In this document: positions 10,851 through 22,034 of the stretch, piece after piece
How the letters are laid out: every line of letters begins with the position of its first letter
Numbering within the stretch: position 1 is the stretch's first letter
From: Oopsacas minuta
Taxonomy: Eukaryota; Animalia; Porifera
Assembly: GCA_024704765.1 (NCBI GenBank)
Contig: JAKMXF010000354.1
Coordinates: forward strand, 729,690-793,689
Length of the DNA: 64,000 nt
Direction: 5' to 3'
Notes under the pieces: generated by a model
What the model was told of the DNA's origin: nothing
The model's database searches: none
Seen by the model: the letters and a program-made list of their open reading frames with translations, nothing else
Program-made: the position numbers and the translations under genes

Positions 10851-13800
10851 ATGTCTTGGAAGTCTATAGCTTGGGGTGCAATCTCCCAGGCTCAGAAATC
10901 TATTGACACAGTACTGAGCAATGCTAATATGCCTGATGAAGGAGGTTATAATGATTTGGATGCGTTTTCTGATATATCTGGTTATGTGGGATCTACTCTC
11001 TACACCTCTACACCTGTTCCCCCGAAGGAACCCCAGATACAAGAGGATTCAGACCCCTCACCGTTACCTAGCGACCATTCTGACACTGAAATATGTTCTC
11101 TAAGTAATGAAGATAATATTTCTAATGATATGAATCAAGAGTTATCAGATTCTAACCAAATGTCTCAATCTACTGAGTTTAAACAAGTTGATCTTTTTTC
11201 TGTTCCCTCTCAAGAAGCCTCTCTAATAAATACTCCTGAACCTCTAGCTAATCATCAACTTGATGATGTTGATAATAGTAAGGAGCTACAAGATAATCCT
11301 GATCCTGTTGAAGTAGAGAATGCACTTGATAGTGATATACCAAGGATAACAGTAGACAACCAGCATTCCATGCTAACTACAGATAATGTATTAGTGCAAT
11401 CAAATGAAGCAGAAGAACCTTCTCATTCATTAACACAGCTAAGAGAAATGTTAAAAGTTAGAGAAGCTAAGCTATTTGAGCTACATGAGTCTTATGCTCA
11501 ACTTCACGATAAATACGAACTTATTAAAGAGAACGCACGTGCTGAAGTAGATCAGCTGTTAGCTGAGAAAGATGAAAAGGTAATAAATATTTGTTTGTTT
11601 CGTTTGTTTGTTACTTTGATATTATCATTATTAGATTCAATTATTGTTTCAAGAAGGAGAAAAACTCTCCAAGCAAGAAATGCAACAAAACAAGCATATT
11701 AGGAAGCAGAGGAATAATATTAAAGATCTAGAGTATAAGAATAAGGTATCAGCTGGTCGCCTCTCTGATATAGAGAAAGTTAATGCTACTCTTAAAGAAG
11801 ATAAAACTAGTTTGGAGATATCTGTCAAGAAGGAACAAGAAGTTAACAAGTTAGTAAAATAAGAATATATACGTTGTTATCCATTGAACATACATATATT
11901 CTATATTTTGGATTATCCACTGTCTCTCTATTCTTTAGGAAGTTGGAGACTGCATTTAGTCAGCAAGAGAAGGAACTACTCGTCTCAAAGAGAGAGCAAT
12001 CAAATATGTTAATTAAAATAGAAGAATTATCAGATTTAAATTCTAAATCTAATTCAGAAATCTCATCTCTCAGACATTCTACACTTACCAGTGAGATTAG
12101 TACTGAGAATGCTATTAAGAGTGCAGAGGATAGTTTTCAGCAACAAATGCAACAAACTCTTGCTGACCAAAACACCGCATTTATGGTGAGATTATATACT
12201 ATCTTATCTAGTTATTCGTAATGTATTTTGTTGTTACGATTTCCGCGTATTTAGTATAATTTCTTTCAACATAATCTATATGATGTGAAACAGCTTTACT
12301 AATATTCGCAATATTGTCGTTAGAACAATTGCTATCTGCAGAATAATGGTAGATAGTGTGTTTCACACAAATATTACTATTTTATTATAGAGCAGCTTTT
12401 GAGAAACATACGTATGCGGAGATTTATTCGCAAATTATACGTGACATTATTTTAGCAAATAAGTGTTGGGTTCCTGTCATTTGTTACAAAATACACAAAT
12501 TCACCTTTAATGGAGTAATTTTCACTCGAAGCAATATAATCTTACAGTTTACAAGGTTATAACGTGGTTATAATATATTAAAGTTTATTCTCTTGGATTA
12601 CTTCACATAAATTATTGTATTACGGCAGAATGGGTTTTACACAACTAAACTTCCTCTTGATTACAATAGCTACTATTCTGTATAATAGAGTAATTTAGTT
12701 TTGAGATATAAACTGACTCTATTAATTCTCTAATTTGTATGTGGTAATTGATATTGCAGATTGTGAATTACCTTGCTGCTGCTGCTGCTGTGGATTTATC
12801 CCTGATACTTGTTATTTCCTGTAGTTAGAAAGAAGAAGTTTGCAAGAGAAACTAAATGACTTGGAACAGACCTTAGTTTGGAAAGAACAATCAGCTTCTC
12901 GACAGGAAGACAGGTTTAAAGAAGAGATAGAAGAGTTAAGAGCTCATGTAGAGAGAGGAGAACAGAAGATACAACAATATTCTCAATCAATCAGTTCATC
13001 TACTCAACCTCTGTTAAGAGAGATAGAACATTTAAGGTATTTCTAGCTATTAGTATAGAGCTATTATATTATTATTCATCTTACTAGGACATCTCATAAT
13101 GATCAGTCACAGAACTGGTCGAGTGTAGAATCTAATCTGAGATCTGAGCTTACAAAGTCTCACCAAGAGAACGCTCGTTTGAAGGAAGATATCCATCTGG
13201 TTCAGGATGAGAAACAAATGTTAGAAATACGTATTACTTCTATGGACAAGAAACTGATGGGTCATAGAGAAGAACAGCAACATAATGTCCAACTATTGGA
13301 GTCCCTCAAGGCTGAGTTAGCTAAGAGCAAGCTCGAAGGACAGGACCAAGAGTCTAGGTTTAAATTATGGAAAGATTCTTATCAAGGAAGTATAGAACAG
13401 TTACAGGAAGAGAATAGGAAACTGCAAGCCGATTTACTGGAGAGGGAGAGAGAGGTTAATCTAACCACTGCATATACTAAACCATTCTTATCATCATTAG
13501 ATATTCATGTAGATCAGAATAATAGCATTAAGTCTACGGAGCATGAAGAGATTACGTTAGATCGAGCTAATAGCACTGCTTCTTTAAGTGATGCAGATCA
13601 ATACTCTGATACGGGTGTAGGTTCTCTATGGTCCTCTGCTACACAGGTAGATAGACTGCAACAGCTTTTACGACAGAAAGAAGGACAGATGTCTAGCTAT
13701 AAGCAGCAGACTATTAGACTCGAAAAGACATGTACTTTACTAACTGATGAATTAGCTAAACTAACTGCAACCAACCAGGATTTGAAAAACAAACTTGATG

Positions 13801-13985
13801 AAGTACCAAAATTAAAGAAACAGCTGTTACAACTTAACAAGCGACACGAAACTACATTAGAGATGTGTGGCGAGAAAATAGAGGAAAATGAAGAGCTTAA
13901 GTTGGATCTCAAAGATATTAAAGAAATGTACAAATCACAAACTGAGGAACTTGTTACTCTTTTGCAGAAAAATACGAACAGTTAG
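10851..13985 (+). CDS. TMF1: TATA element modulatory factor / golgin TMF1; exons about 10851-11579, 11635-11849, 11939-12185, 12825-13036, 13088-13985
   Basis: N-terminal MSWKSIAWGAISQAQKSIDTVL; EGEKLSKQ; STQPLLREIE; C-terminal HETTLEMCGEKIEENEELKLDLKDIKEMYKSQ (TMF TATA-binding domain). GT-AG junctions preserve frame. Confidence 0.9.
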
Positions 13986-14128
13986 CAATCTATATTATTC
14001 AATTTATCATTTTAATACTGGAATAATGATATATCTTAATATATGCTTGAGATTGGTTTCTACATCTGTATCAATACAATGTGTTATAATATTGAGAGAT
14101 TTATGTGTTATCGTGTACAAGCAGAGTT

Positions 14129-15148
14129 ATGGCTACTCTACTGAAGAGTTTGGTACCGGATATGCCGGATGAATATTCCGAGCCTGAACAGGCTCTGTTA
14201 CGGATATACGAACAGATGGAGGAGAAGGATATTAATAGGAGAGAATCTCTAGGAAGTGTAGGAGCTTTATCTCCTATTCATAGAGATGTAAGTCTATCTC
14301 CTCTCACCAAGAGAATGAAGAGTGAGAAAAGAGATAGCTTTCCAGCTACCACGCCTTTATCTCCCACTCTAGCAAAACAGTACGCTATGAAACAGATAGC
14401 TGATGGGAAGCTGGTGATTAATAAGGACACGAAGAGTAAAGGATTCAAAAAGACAAGGTCTCAGGAGAGACATGTAATCAATCGTCGTGAATCTTACACA
14501 GGACTTATGAGTCCTTGTTTCAGTCCTTACCTCCCTACTGCTCCCTCCCCTCTCTCCCAAGATACAACTGGTATGCATAAACATCTGTCAGACGAGTATA
14601 GGAAGAGTTTTATTAAGAAAGCTACCCTCACGAGTAGTTTTAGTTTTCCTTCACAAGAAATTATTGATAAGAATCAAATTGATGAAGAATGTCCCTTAGA
14701 TGATGAAATGTCAAATTCTGAAGTAGTTCCTCGCATAAAAAGTGATTTCTTACAAATCTCACTTGTACCTTCTCTGACCAGTTCCTCCAAACAAGTTCTC
14801 TCAAATGACATCATCAGACAAACATTTTCGAGTTACGGAAAAATAAAAACACTAATAGATAAAGATAGTGAAGAGGGCTTATACTTACTCTTCCAAGATC
14901 CTTCAATTAATCAACAAGTTGTTAATGATATGAACAATGCTCGTATCATGGGTATGGAGATTCTAGTTTGTATTCCTGACAGAGACAGAGCACCATCTGA
15001 ACTGACTGCTGTTCAGATATCTCAGCCATGGACTCGGCTAGCTGCTGGCATTACCGACACTACACCAGATGAAATTAATCCCAGTGGTACTTTAGATTCT
15101 AAACGGAGAGAAACGAATTTTACGTATAAGGATTCTCCATTCACTTAA
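14129..15148 (+). CDS. Uncharacterised protein: Ser/Pro-rich disordered N-terminus and a C-terminal RRM-like domain
   Basis: Long ORF (first ATG 14129). IIRQTFSSYGKIK...GLYLLFQD...VVNDMNNARIMGMEILV resembles an RRM; many SP/TP and RRxS motifs. Confidence 0.65.
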   Translation: MATLLKSLVPDMPDEYSEPEQALLRIYEQMEEKDINRRESLGSVGALSPIHRDVSLSPLTKRMKSEKRDSFPATTPLSPTLAKQYAMKQIADGKLVINKDTKSKGFKKTRSQERHVINRRESYTGLMSPCFSPYLPTAPSPLSQDTTGMHKHLSDEYRKSFIKKATLTSSFSFPSQEIIDKNQIDEECPLDDEMSNSEVVPRIKSDFLQISLVPSLTSSSKQVLSNDIIRQTFSSYGKIKTLIDKDSEEGLYLLFQDPSINQQVVNDMNNARIMGMEILVCIPDRDRAPSELTAVQISQPWTRLAAGITDTTPDEINPSGTLDSKRRETNFTYKDSPFT

Positions 15149-15323
15149 TTAATTAATTGGTGTTGATATTAACTAGTGAATATATTATTACGATTGTATT
15201 GTACAGACATGCAACTTTACTTAAAATAGTTTCATATAGCAACTGATAATACTTATAATACCTATAATATAGTAAATACAAGTAGGATATGTACACCAAT
15301 TTAAATAATACAAGTACTGTGAG

Positions 15324-16904
15324 TTATGTTGCCTCTTTTCTACACTTGCAAGTCAAGATCCTTTTCCAGAACTGTCTCACTTCCTTGTTTGTGACAGCAG
15401 CCAGGCCTCCTATACCCCATACACATGTAGAGAATCCTCCCAATATGCTTAACCAGGCCTGATAGATGGTTTGGTACTCAGGTGTACAACAATCAGCGGG
15501 GAATATAGAAATGCAGTACGTGTAGACATCTAGGTATTTTAAATATTTCTTCTCGTAGAACACATAGATAGACGCATCTAATAGTACTACCCAAATAGAT
15601 AGTGAGAATACAAGTGTGAAAATAGACAGCTGGAATACCCACTCAGTGCTGACTATAGTGGAAGTAGTTATTCTGGCTTGTTTGTATTTAAGGTGGACCA
15701 TTTTAACAACGATTATGACTATCATAGTTCCATTAAAGAGACAGAATACAAATCCGAGCATGTATAGAGATACAATTTCTATTTCTGATATTCCTGGCAG
15801 ACAGAATTCTGGTACATTATTTATTACGTATGCAGTCGATATGGTGCCTGTTACAGCAACCAGAATGAAATTAACTATTATAACGAGTAGAGGTAGTCCC
15901 CATGCTAGCACCAACTCAGTGGTATGAATAACATGAAGGTATTTGAAGAACCAGCGAGCTCCCTTTAGCGGGCTTAGCACGATTATTGACAGATTGCTTA
16001 TGGAGAATATATACCACATCAAAAAGGAGAGTAGTGCATAGTGTATCACTGTTCCTTGAACTAGGCAGAAAATAGTTGAATCTGCTCTCGATGTATCAAG
16101 GTTGTCATGTTTACAATAGTATTTTTTAGGCACAATGGCACCAGATAATATCGACAGAGCCTGGAGCAGGATTGTTATCATCATGTAGAAGTTTACTATT
16201 TTGGGAAATTTCCATAAATCTTTGTTAACCCAACTCAACATTCCTATTAGCGTAGCTACCAGTGTAAAGCTAGATCCTAGTATAGTAGTTACTCGGAATG
16301 CCCACCACATAGACCTGCCCCCTGGGGTGAATTCGAGACACTCAGGACCACAATTGGTGTTATTTGGCACGAAATCAACTGGACAGCTGGTTACTAATAC
16401 GGTACTGTTCGTGTAATTACTTGCTCTCAGTGCCGACACATACTTTGTGTACATCTCATATGCCTTTTCTATGTCTGTGCAATTCGATGTTTGTTGATAA
16501 GTTGTGTTGAAGGCTTCGTCTTCAGTAATTTTAGGCGCATCAGCTATTCCGTATACTAGAAACGCAGCTGTACTAAGATATCCCACCCACAGTATAGCCA
16601 GTATTATACCGGCTATGACGAAACTGAAATATAGTTTCATTTGTGATTTCATATATGTTTTGTTTTGTTTATGTTGTCTGGCGTTTAAATAGTTTTGTGT
16701 AGCATCAGATAACCCTCTCTTCCATTCCATTTCGTTGTTCTGTGTACTCGTCTTCGGTTCACTGTCTTCATCCTGATCTATACCTTTATACTCTTCAATC
16801 TCACACTTATCAGCCACTGAATCTAACTCTATGAAGCATTCTACCGTCATATCTTTTTCCAAGTGACTCTTTCGTTTGGAACCCTGCTTGCCTTTACGAC
16901 TCAT
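15324..16904 (-). CDS. Smoothened/Frizzled-like (class F) 7TM receptor A, no CRD, extra N-terminal TM; single exon
   Basis: Eight hydrophobic segments; pre-TM1 CPVDFVPNNTNCGPEC; WKFP at TM2; C-x-VQG at TM3; ECL2 CLP; ECL3 YxxC...CC; C-tail KEVRQFWKR aligns with Smoothened KATLLIWRR. Confidence 0.8.
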   Translation of the reverse strand: MSRKGKQGSKRKSHLEKDMTVECFIELDSVADKCEIEEYKGIDQDEDSEPKTSTQNNEMEWKRGLSDATQNYLNARQHKQNKTYMKSQMKLYFSFVIAGIILAILWVGYLSTAAFLVYGIADAPKITEDEAFNTTYQQTSNCTDIEKAYEMYTKYVSALRASNYTNSTVLVTSCPVDFVPNNTNCGPECLEFTPGGRSMWWAFRVTTILGSSFTLVATLIGMLSWVNKDLWKFPKIVNFYMMITILLQALSILSGAIVPKKYYCKHDNLDTSRADSTIFCLVQGTVIHYALLSFLMWYIFSISNLSIIVLSPLKGARWFFKYLHVIHTTELVLAWGLPLLVIIVNFILVAVTGTISTAYVINNVPEFCLPGISEIEIVSLYMLGFVFCLFNGTMIVIIVVKMVHLKYKQARITTSTIVSTEWVFQLSIFTLVFSLSIWVVLLDASIYVFYEKKYLKYLDVYTYCISIFPADCCTPEYQTIYQAWLSILGGFSTCVWGIGGLAAVTNKEVRQFWKRILTCKCRKEAT

Positions 16905-17479
16905 CTTTCCAAATGATTAATTTACATTTTCCCGGGTTCATACATATTTATACTTGTGATATTGTAGTTGCTTGGATCAGTGATATATGAGCTTTTTATG
17001 ATGTGCATACGTATCATCATAATTATTATATGATAATTGTAATTCAATGCCACGTGTGTTTCTGATAATAATTAGACGTTTACTTCCTTCATTGAGTTAA
17101 TATTTAGACATTTTCTAGAAAACCAGTAGCGATTCCTGGAGGTTATTACTTGTAATTAGCTATCAGTATGCTATATATTATCCAGATTATCATTCTATTA
17201 ATGTTCTGTTCTATAATTATCTTGAACTGTACGTATACAGTTTGATCGACTATTCCTATCGAATTTATCATATAGTGTCTCAAACAATTCAAAACGGAGT
17301 TTAATTATGTAATTTTTAATAATAAATACAAAATTTACAAAAGTTACTCCATATAGAATACAGTTTGGATCAGAAAATTATCATGCACAGTCTTAGAGAG
17401 CATATTTATTTTCCTATTGGAATTACGGGTATTTCCCTAGAATGATATTGACTTTGAATAATTTCCATCTCTGTCACCA

Positions 17480-19717
17480 CTACCAGCCATATAGTAATGG
17501 CTTTACAGGATTTTCTTTGTTATGACATACAGCATAAATACTACAGTCACTCCCAACTGCTAATCCAGTAGGATTCTTAGCCGTTCCTATGTCCACATCT
17601 CTAATGTTGTATATATTATTCGGTTGCGGTAGTATGGTGTAGACCTTGTGATCTGAGTAGGATGAGATGTATAACTGGTTTGTTTGGTCAATTGTTATGT
17701 ACATAGGATCTTGTATTTCCTTCAAGAGACACTTGATCCATTGGAAGTTGTTATCATAGAATACAACATCGTTATTAGCAGTTGATATGATATAAAATTC
17801 CTCATTTGTAATAGCTACATCAACAGGATGTTGTAATATATATTGATTAGAGAAACCCACTGCTATCATACAACCAGTTTTGAGGTTAACTAGCTGGATC
17901 CTGTGGTTGAACCTGTCTGTTACTACTAGCTGTTTCCTGGACTTGTTTATTGCTATTCCATGTGGACTTAAGAATTCACCGATGTCACTGCCATGCTTTC
18001 CGAATTTTTGTAGAAATGCGCCAATGTTTGTGAAACAGAATACAGCGTTAGCAATACGGTCACTAACATAGATAAAATCTTCAAAGCAGCATATACCGTG
18101 TGGACCAGCTAGTACGCCCTTTCCTATACACAATTCCAAACTAATTGCAAACTTAGGGTTTGGAAATGAAGGCAAATCAGGAGTACTTGGTCGCAATGGA
18201 GAACCAAATCTTGGCGTATAGTATCTTCCACTAGAGTGAATAGACTCCTCTTCTAATGGTGATTCTCTAAACTTAGTTATCTCTTCGGGGAATCCTCGAT
18301 AAATCGAGTACATTTCCACTTCACCTCTAGCACCCGATACTATATACAAGTTATCGCCTTGTATTGCAATTCCATTCCTCTCTCCTTTTCCTTCTAGATG
18401 GTTTACTGTTGGGTTTTTCATGAAAGAAATGTCACGAGAGACTGAAAAATGCCAATTTTTGTTAACTTTGATATTATTTACAATTAATCTGATTTTGTAT
18501 ACCCCCGCTTCTAAAACTTCCAATATGTGTATGTAAGAAGAATTACTCTTGTCAAATCTTTCTTTGCCCAAAGTTTCTTTAACAATTCTAACACTTCCCT
18601 CTCTCGGAATTTGTTTGTAAACTTCAACCGATATTATAGAATTTGTGCTAAATGCTACTACGTCATATTGATCAACCGTGTAAATACGCATTTCTAATTT
18701 CCCTCCTTCATAAAGCTGTTTGTCAGGAATAAAATCTATTTCTGTACGTTTTGGATCGATTATTCGTGCTTCAATCGATATTTTGTTTTCTTTTTTATCA
18801 AGTTCTCTGATAATCTTTATTATCCTTGGTGTCATTTCTAACAAGAATGTGACAAATGATGTCATACTCTGCTCTTCAAATTTCTCGAATGAGAGAGCTT
18901 TGAGAATATCCCCTCCTTTCTTAGGACAGAAACTTTTGATATCCATCATAGTCTTAACCGCTCGCATTACCTTGGCTAATTTCTTTTGATTCTCCGTATG
19001 ACAAGTTTCCAACTGCTCCTTTGTTTGTTGACAAGTTGTTTCGACATTTCTCTTAGCCTCGGTCTCTAATTCATCCAGCATCTCTCTTATTCTTGAAAAT
19101 CTGTTATCAATATCTTCGCTAACTTTCTCTTTCCATCTGTCAATCGTTGAGCTCAACTCTTCAAGTTTCTGCTGATGATTCCTGCCCTGTAATAAAAGCT
19201 CTTCACAATTGTCGAGGAAATTGTTTAACTGTTCAGAGACATCTCTTTCCTTTTGGTTCATAGTATCTTTATTTACTTTTGTCAGGAGATCTTGTAATTT
19301 CAAATCATTAGTCAGCTTAATGAAGGAGTGCTGATTTCCATTAAACATAGCACGATTGTGCAATTCTATATCTTGCTCACACCAAAATGAGGCACAAATA
19401 ATACAAAACAGAATATCTTTATCTTCTTGCTCTTCACATTGACAAATAACACAATTACTCTTTTCATTATTGGGCAATTGTGACTTGTGTAGATTCTGTA
19501 ATTGCTGTGCATATAGTTCAGTAAGTGGATGGGGAATTAAAGCTCCAGATTTAGTTGGTATTGTACAACATTTCTCAGGACCCTGTTTAAATGTTGCACC
19601 CTGTTTAAATGTTGCTATACAATCTCCGCAGATAACATGAAAGCACTCTAAGATGTAGCTTGTCTGCTTAATCGAGTTACAATTGATACATAGAAATATT
19701 TTTAATATTTCACTCAT
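17480..19717 (-). CDS. TRIM-NHL-like protein (degenerate RING, B-box, coiled coil, filamin-like, NHL repeats); single exon
   Basis: CINC...CFHVICGDC (RING-like); CVICQC...CIICASFWC...H (B-box); NHL repeats GPHGICC, FLSPHGIAIN...VTDRFNHRIQ, NPTGLAV. Confidence 0.85.
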   Translation of the reverse strand: MSEILKIFLCINCNSIKQTSYILECFHVICGDCIATFKQGATFKQGPEKCCTIPTKSGALIPHPLTELYAQQLQNLHKSQLPNNEKSNCVICQCEEQEDKDILFCIICASFWCEQDIELHNRAMFNGNQHSFIKLTNDLKLQDLLTKVNKDTMNQKERDVSEQLNNFLDNCEELLLQGRNHQQKLEELSSTIDRWKEKVSEDIDNRFSRIREMLDELETEAKRNVETTCQQTKEQLETCHTENQKKLAKVMRAVKTMMDIKSFCPKKGGDILKALSFEKFEEQSMTSFVTFLLEMTPRIIKIIRELDKKENKISIEARIIDPKRTEIDFIPDKQLYEGGKLEMRIYTVDQYDVVAFSTNSIISVEVYKQIPREGSVRIVKETLGKERFDKSNSSYIHILEVLEAGVYKIRLIVNNIKVNKNWHFSVSRDISFMKNPTVNHLEGKGERNGIAIQGDNLYIVSGARGEVEMYSIYRGFPEEITKFRESPLEEESIHSSGRYYTPRFGSPLRPSTPDLPSFPNPKFAISLELCIGKGVLAGPHGICCFEDFIYVSDRIANAVFCFTNIGAFLQKFGKHGSDIGEFLSPHGIAINKSRKQLVVTDRFNHRIQLVNLKTGCMIAVGFSNQYILQHPVDVAITNEEFYIISTANNDVVFYDNNFQWIKCLLKEIQDPMYITIDQTNQLYISSYSDHKVYTILPQPNNIYNIRDVDIGTAKNPTGLAVGSDCSIYAVCHNKENPVKPLLYGW
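19580..19615. repeat. Perfect 18-bp tandem duplication inside the RING region
   Basis: ACCCTGTTTAAATGTTGC x2, encoding ATFKQG-ATFKQG on the minus strand. Confidence 0.95.
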
Positions 19718-20427
19718 TTATTTTCCAAAATATATAAATGTATCATTTAGAATATTCTTATATTCTTATCAGTCGGCTAATTAGGTATACATTCTAGTAT
19801 AATACTCCTCTGGAATATCACGTTTCAGTCTTGCTATTCACATACTTTTTGATGGTATTTGTGTGTAAAACCCGATTGCAATATTTAAAACATGAAATCA
19901 CTTTGACAATATTTCAGTAGAAGCTCGCACTTGCAACCTTTGCAACATTCGTATTTGAATTACTACTCCCCTCCCCGTTCCAATTGACTAACAATATTTT
20001 TTTGGTATAAACATTATTAAATTGTGAACACAAAAGTAAATATGTAACGAAATACAATGGAACATTCCATTTCATGTTAGAACACAGTCATTAGGTCCTG
20101 GAAATTTGTATATCACAGGGTTTGTATGAACGAGAATCTACACTAAATGAATAAATAGCATATAGTTGCTACTGATCTAACGTGATAGGCGAATACGCAA
20201 TTATATAATCAAGTGATGGAATATGAACCATTCCGCAACAGAAAGTTCTATAATATATTTCACAATTCTAACGTATTCTGTCGCAATCTTGCTCCTAATG
20301 GTACCAGTTATGCAATGTCGTATAGATGATGCAATATGGCCAGCTCAGCGATCATATTCTAGTACTAGCATCAAGCATAAATACTTAGTCTTCTAAACAT
20401 TTATTGTTCTTAATTCCGTTTAAATTT

Positions 20428-21669
20428 ATGGCTTATTCAGTTCCTGCTTCGGATATTCTAACCGCTATTAATATAGCACGTACACAAGTCAGAGAGAATG
20501 TATCTCGAGGAGTCGAGTTCTTGCGGGAAAGGGAGAGAGTTCTGCTAAGTTATTTGCAGTGTCTTGAAGAAGCATACATTGAAGACAGAGCGCGGAGAGA
20601 CTTTGAACTGCAAGAACTTCTTATATCAAGAGAACAAAATCTTGAAATATTGAAATGCAACAAACATGAAAATACGTTGAAATATATTCTACAAGATTTA
20701 GATGATAGAATTACTGAACTCGATGTTAACAACGAACAACTACATTTGGAATGGGACTGTAAGTTAGAAAGCAGAATACACAGTGCTGGGAGATTCGTAT
20801 TGAATGGGGGAAGGACAATGTCATACCATTACAAGTCTAAACGAACTCCTGTACAAGTATTTGGACGTCATAATCAAGATAGATCGCAAGTAATGGAACA
20901 AGAATTTTTATACCCAAATGCAATCGCTATTGATCCGCTAACTAACTTTATTTATGTGTGTGATACAGGGAGAAACAGAATACAGGTATTTGATAGAACT
21001 TCTCAATTTCTATTTAAATTTAGCGAACTAATGAGCACACCATTTGGTATATGTATTCATGCTAACAGAGTATATGTAACTCAAATGATGTCAAATATTA
21101 TTACAGTGTATGGAGTCGGTGGTAAACTAATCGCATCAACTGAGAAAGGGGAGGGTAACAATTTCCAATTGAGCTCTCCTAAAGGTATAACAGTTTGCAA
21201 GATTACTGGATATATCTATGTATGTGATTACACTAATAAACGCATTATTATTTTGAACCAAGAACTCTGCTATCAATCTTCTATCCAATGTGATTCATTT
21301 CCTGATGACATCAAGCTAACAGAACTCGAAATATTCCTGTTAGAGTGTGCAGATCCCTGTATTTCAATATACAAGAGACATGGCATACACAGCCATCAGT
21401 TAGTAGGGCGGGTAATCCCATACGGTATGGGTAAACTGGTACTGGAATCCTTCAATTTTTTTCTTGACCATGAAGAGAATATTCTCATTACTGATACTAA
21501 GTCTCACAATGTTTTGGTATTTTCCAGGAGAGGAAGTCTTATTCACACGTTTGGTACTTTTGGACAAGCTGCTGGTGAATTTATTTGCCCCAAAGGGATT
21601 TGTGTAGATTCAGAAGGAAGAATTCTGGTTGCATCACAGAATCCAAATTATTGTATTCAATTCTTCTGA
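20428..21669 (+). CDS. Coiled-coil + NHL-repeat protein (TRIM-like, lacking RING and B-box); single exon
   Basis: NHL repeats FLYPNAIAIDP...YVCDTGRNRIQVF, LSSPKGITV, FICPKGICVDSEGRILV. First ATG at 20428. Confidence 0.85.
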   Translation: MAYSVPASDILTAINIARTQVRENVSRGVEFLRERERVLLSYLQCLEEAYIEDRARRDFELQELLISREQNLEILKCNKHENTLKYILQDLDDRITELDVNNEQLHLEWDCKLESRIHSAGRFVLNGGRTMSYHYKSKRTPVQVFGRHNQDRSQVMEQEFLYPNAIAIDPLTNFIYVCDTGRNRIQVFDRTSQFLFKFSELMSTPFGICIHANRVYVTQMMSNIITVYGVGGKLIASTEKGEGNNFQLSSPKGITVCKITGYIYVCDYTNKRIIILNQELCYQSSIQCDSFPDDIKLTELEIFLLECADPCISIYKRHGIHSHQLVGRVIPYGMGKLVLESFNFFLDHEENILITDTKSHNVLVFSRRGSLIHTFGTFGQAAGEFICPKGICVDSEGRILVASQNPNYCIQFF

Positions 21670-22034
21670 ATGGGAAATTAACAATAATAAAATATAGTAA
21701 TACGTATTCTAAGCACTTAGTCAACGAAATATTTACAATAATTATATAAATCAATATGCTAAAGATATTCTTAGTAATTCATTCACTGATTAGGGAATGA
21801 CCTTGCAATATATTAGCTCAAGAACTTCTGTATAGGCCAGAGCTCTGCAGCAGAACTAGCAATAAACATCCCATATTTATGTAAATTTCAAATATAAGAT
21901 CACTAATTCTAATTTTCCACCTACACAGAGTGGGCACATAACTGACATAAGGAAATACATTCGAATAGCATTTAGTTACTCCCTAACTATATTAATACTT
22001 ATATAGTTAATAATATTATATTTATTTGAGTTAG

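Noticed and set aside
12186-12824. Long TMF1 intron as a snoRNA or nested-gene host
   Set aside because: No paired C/D boxes, H/ACA structure or credible ORF was visible.
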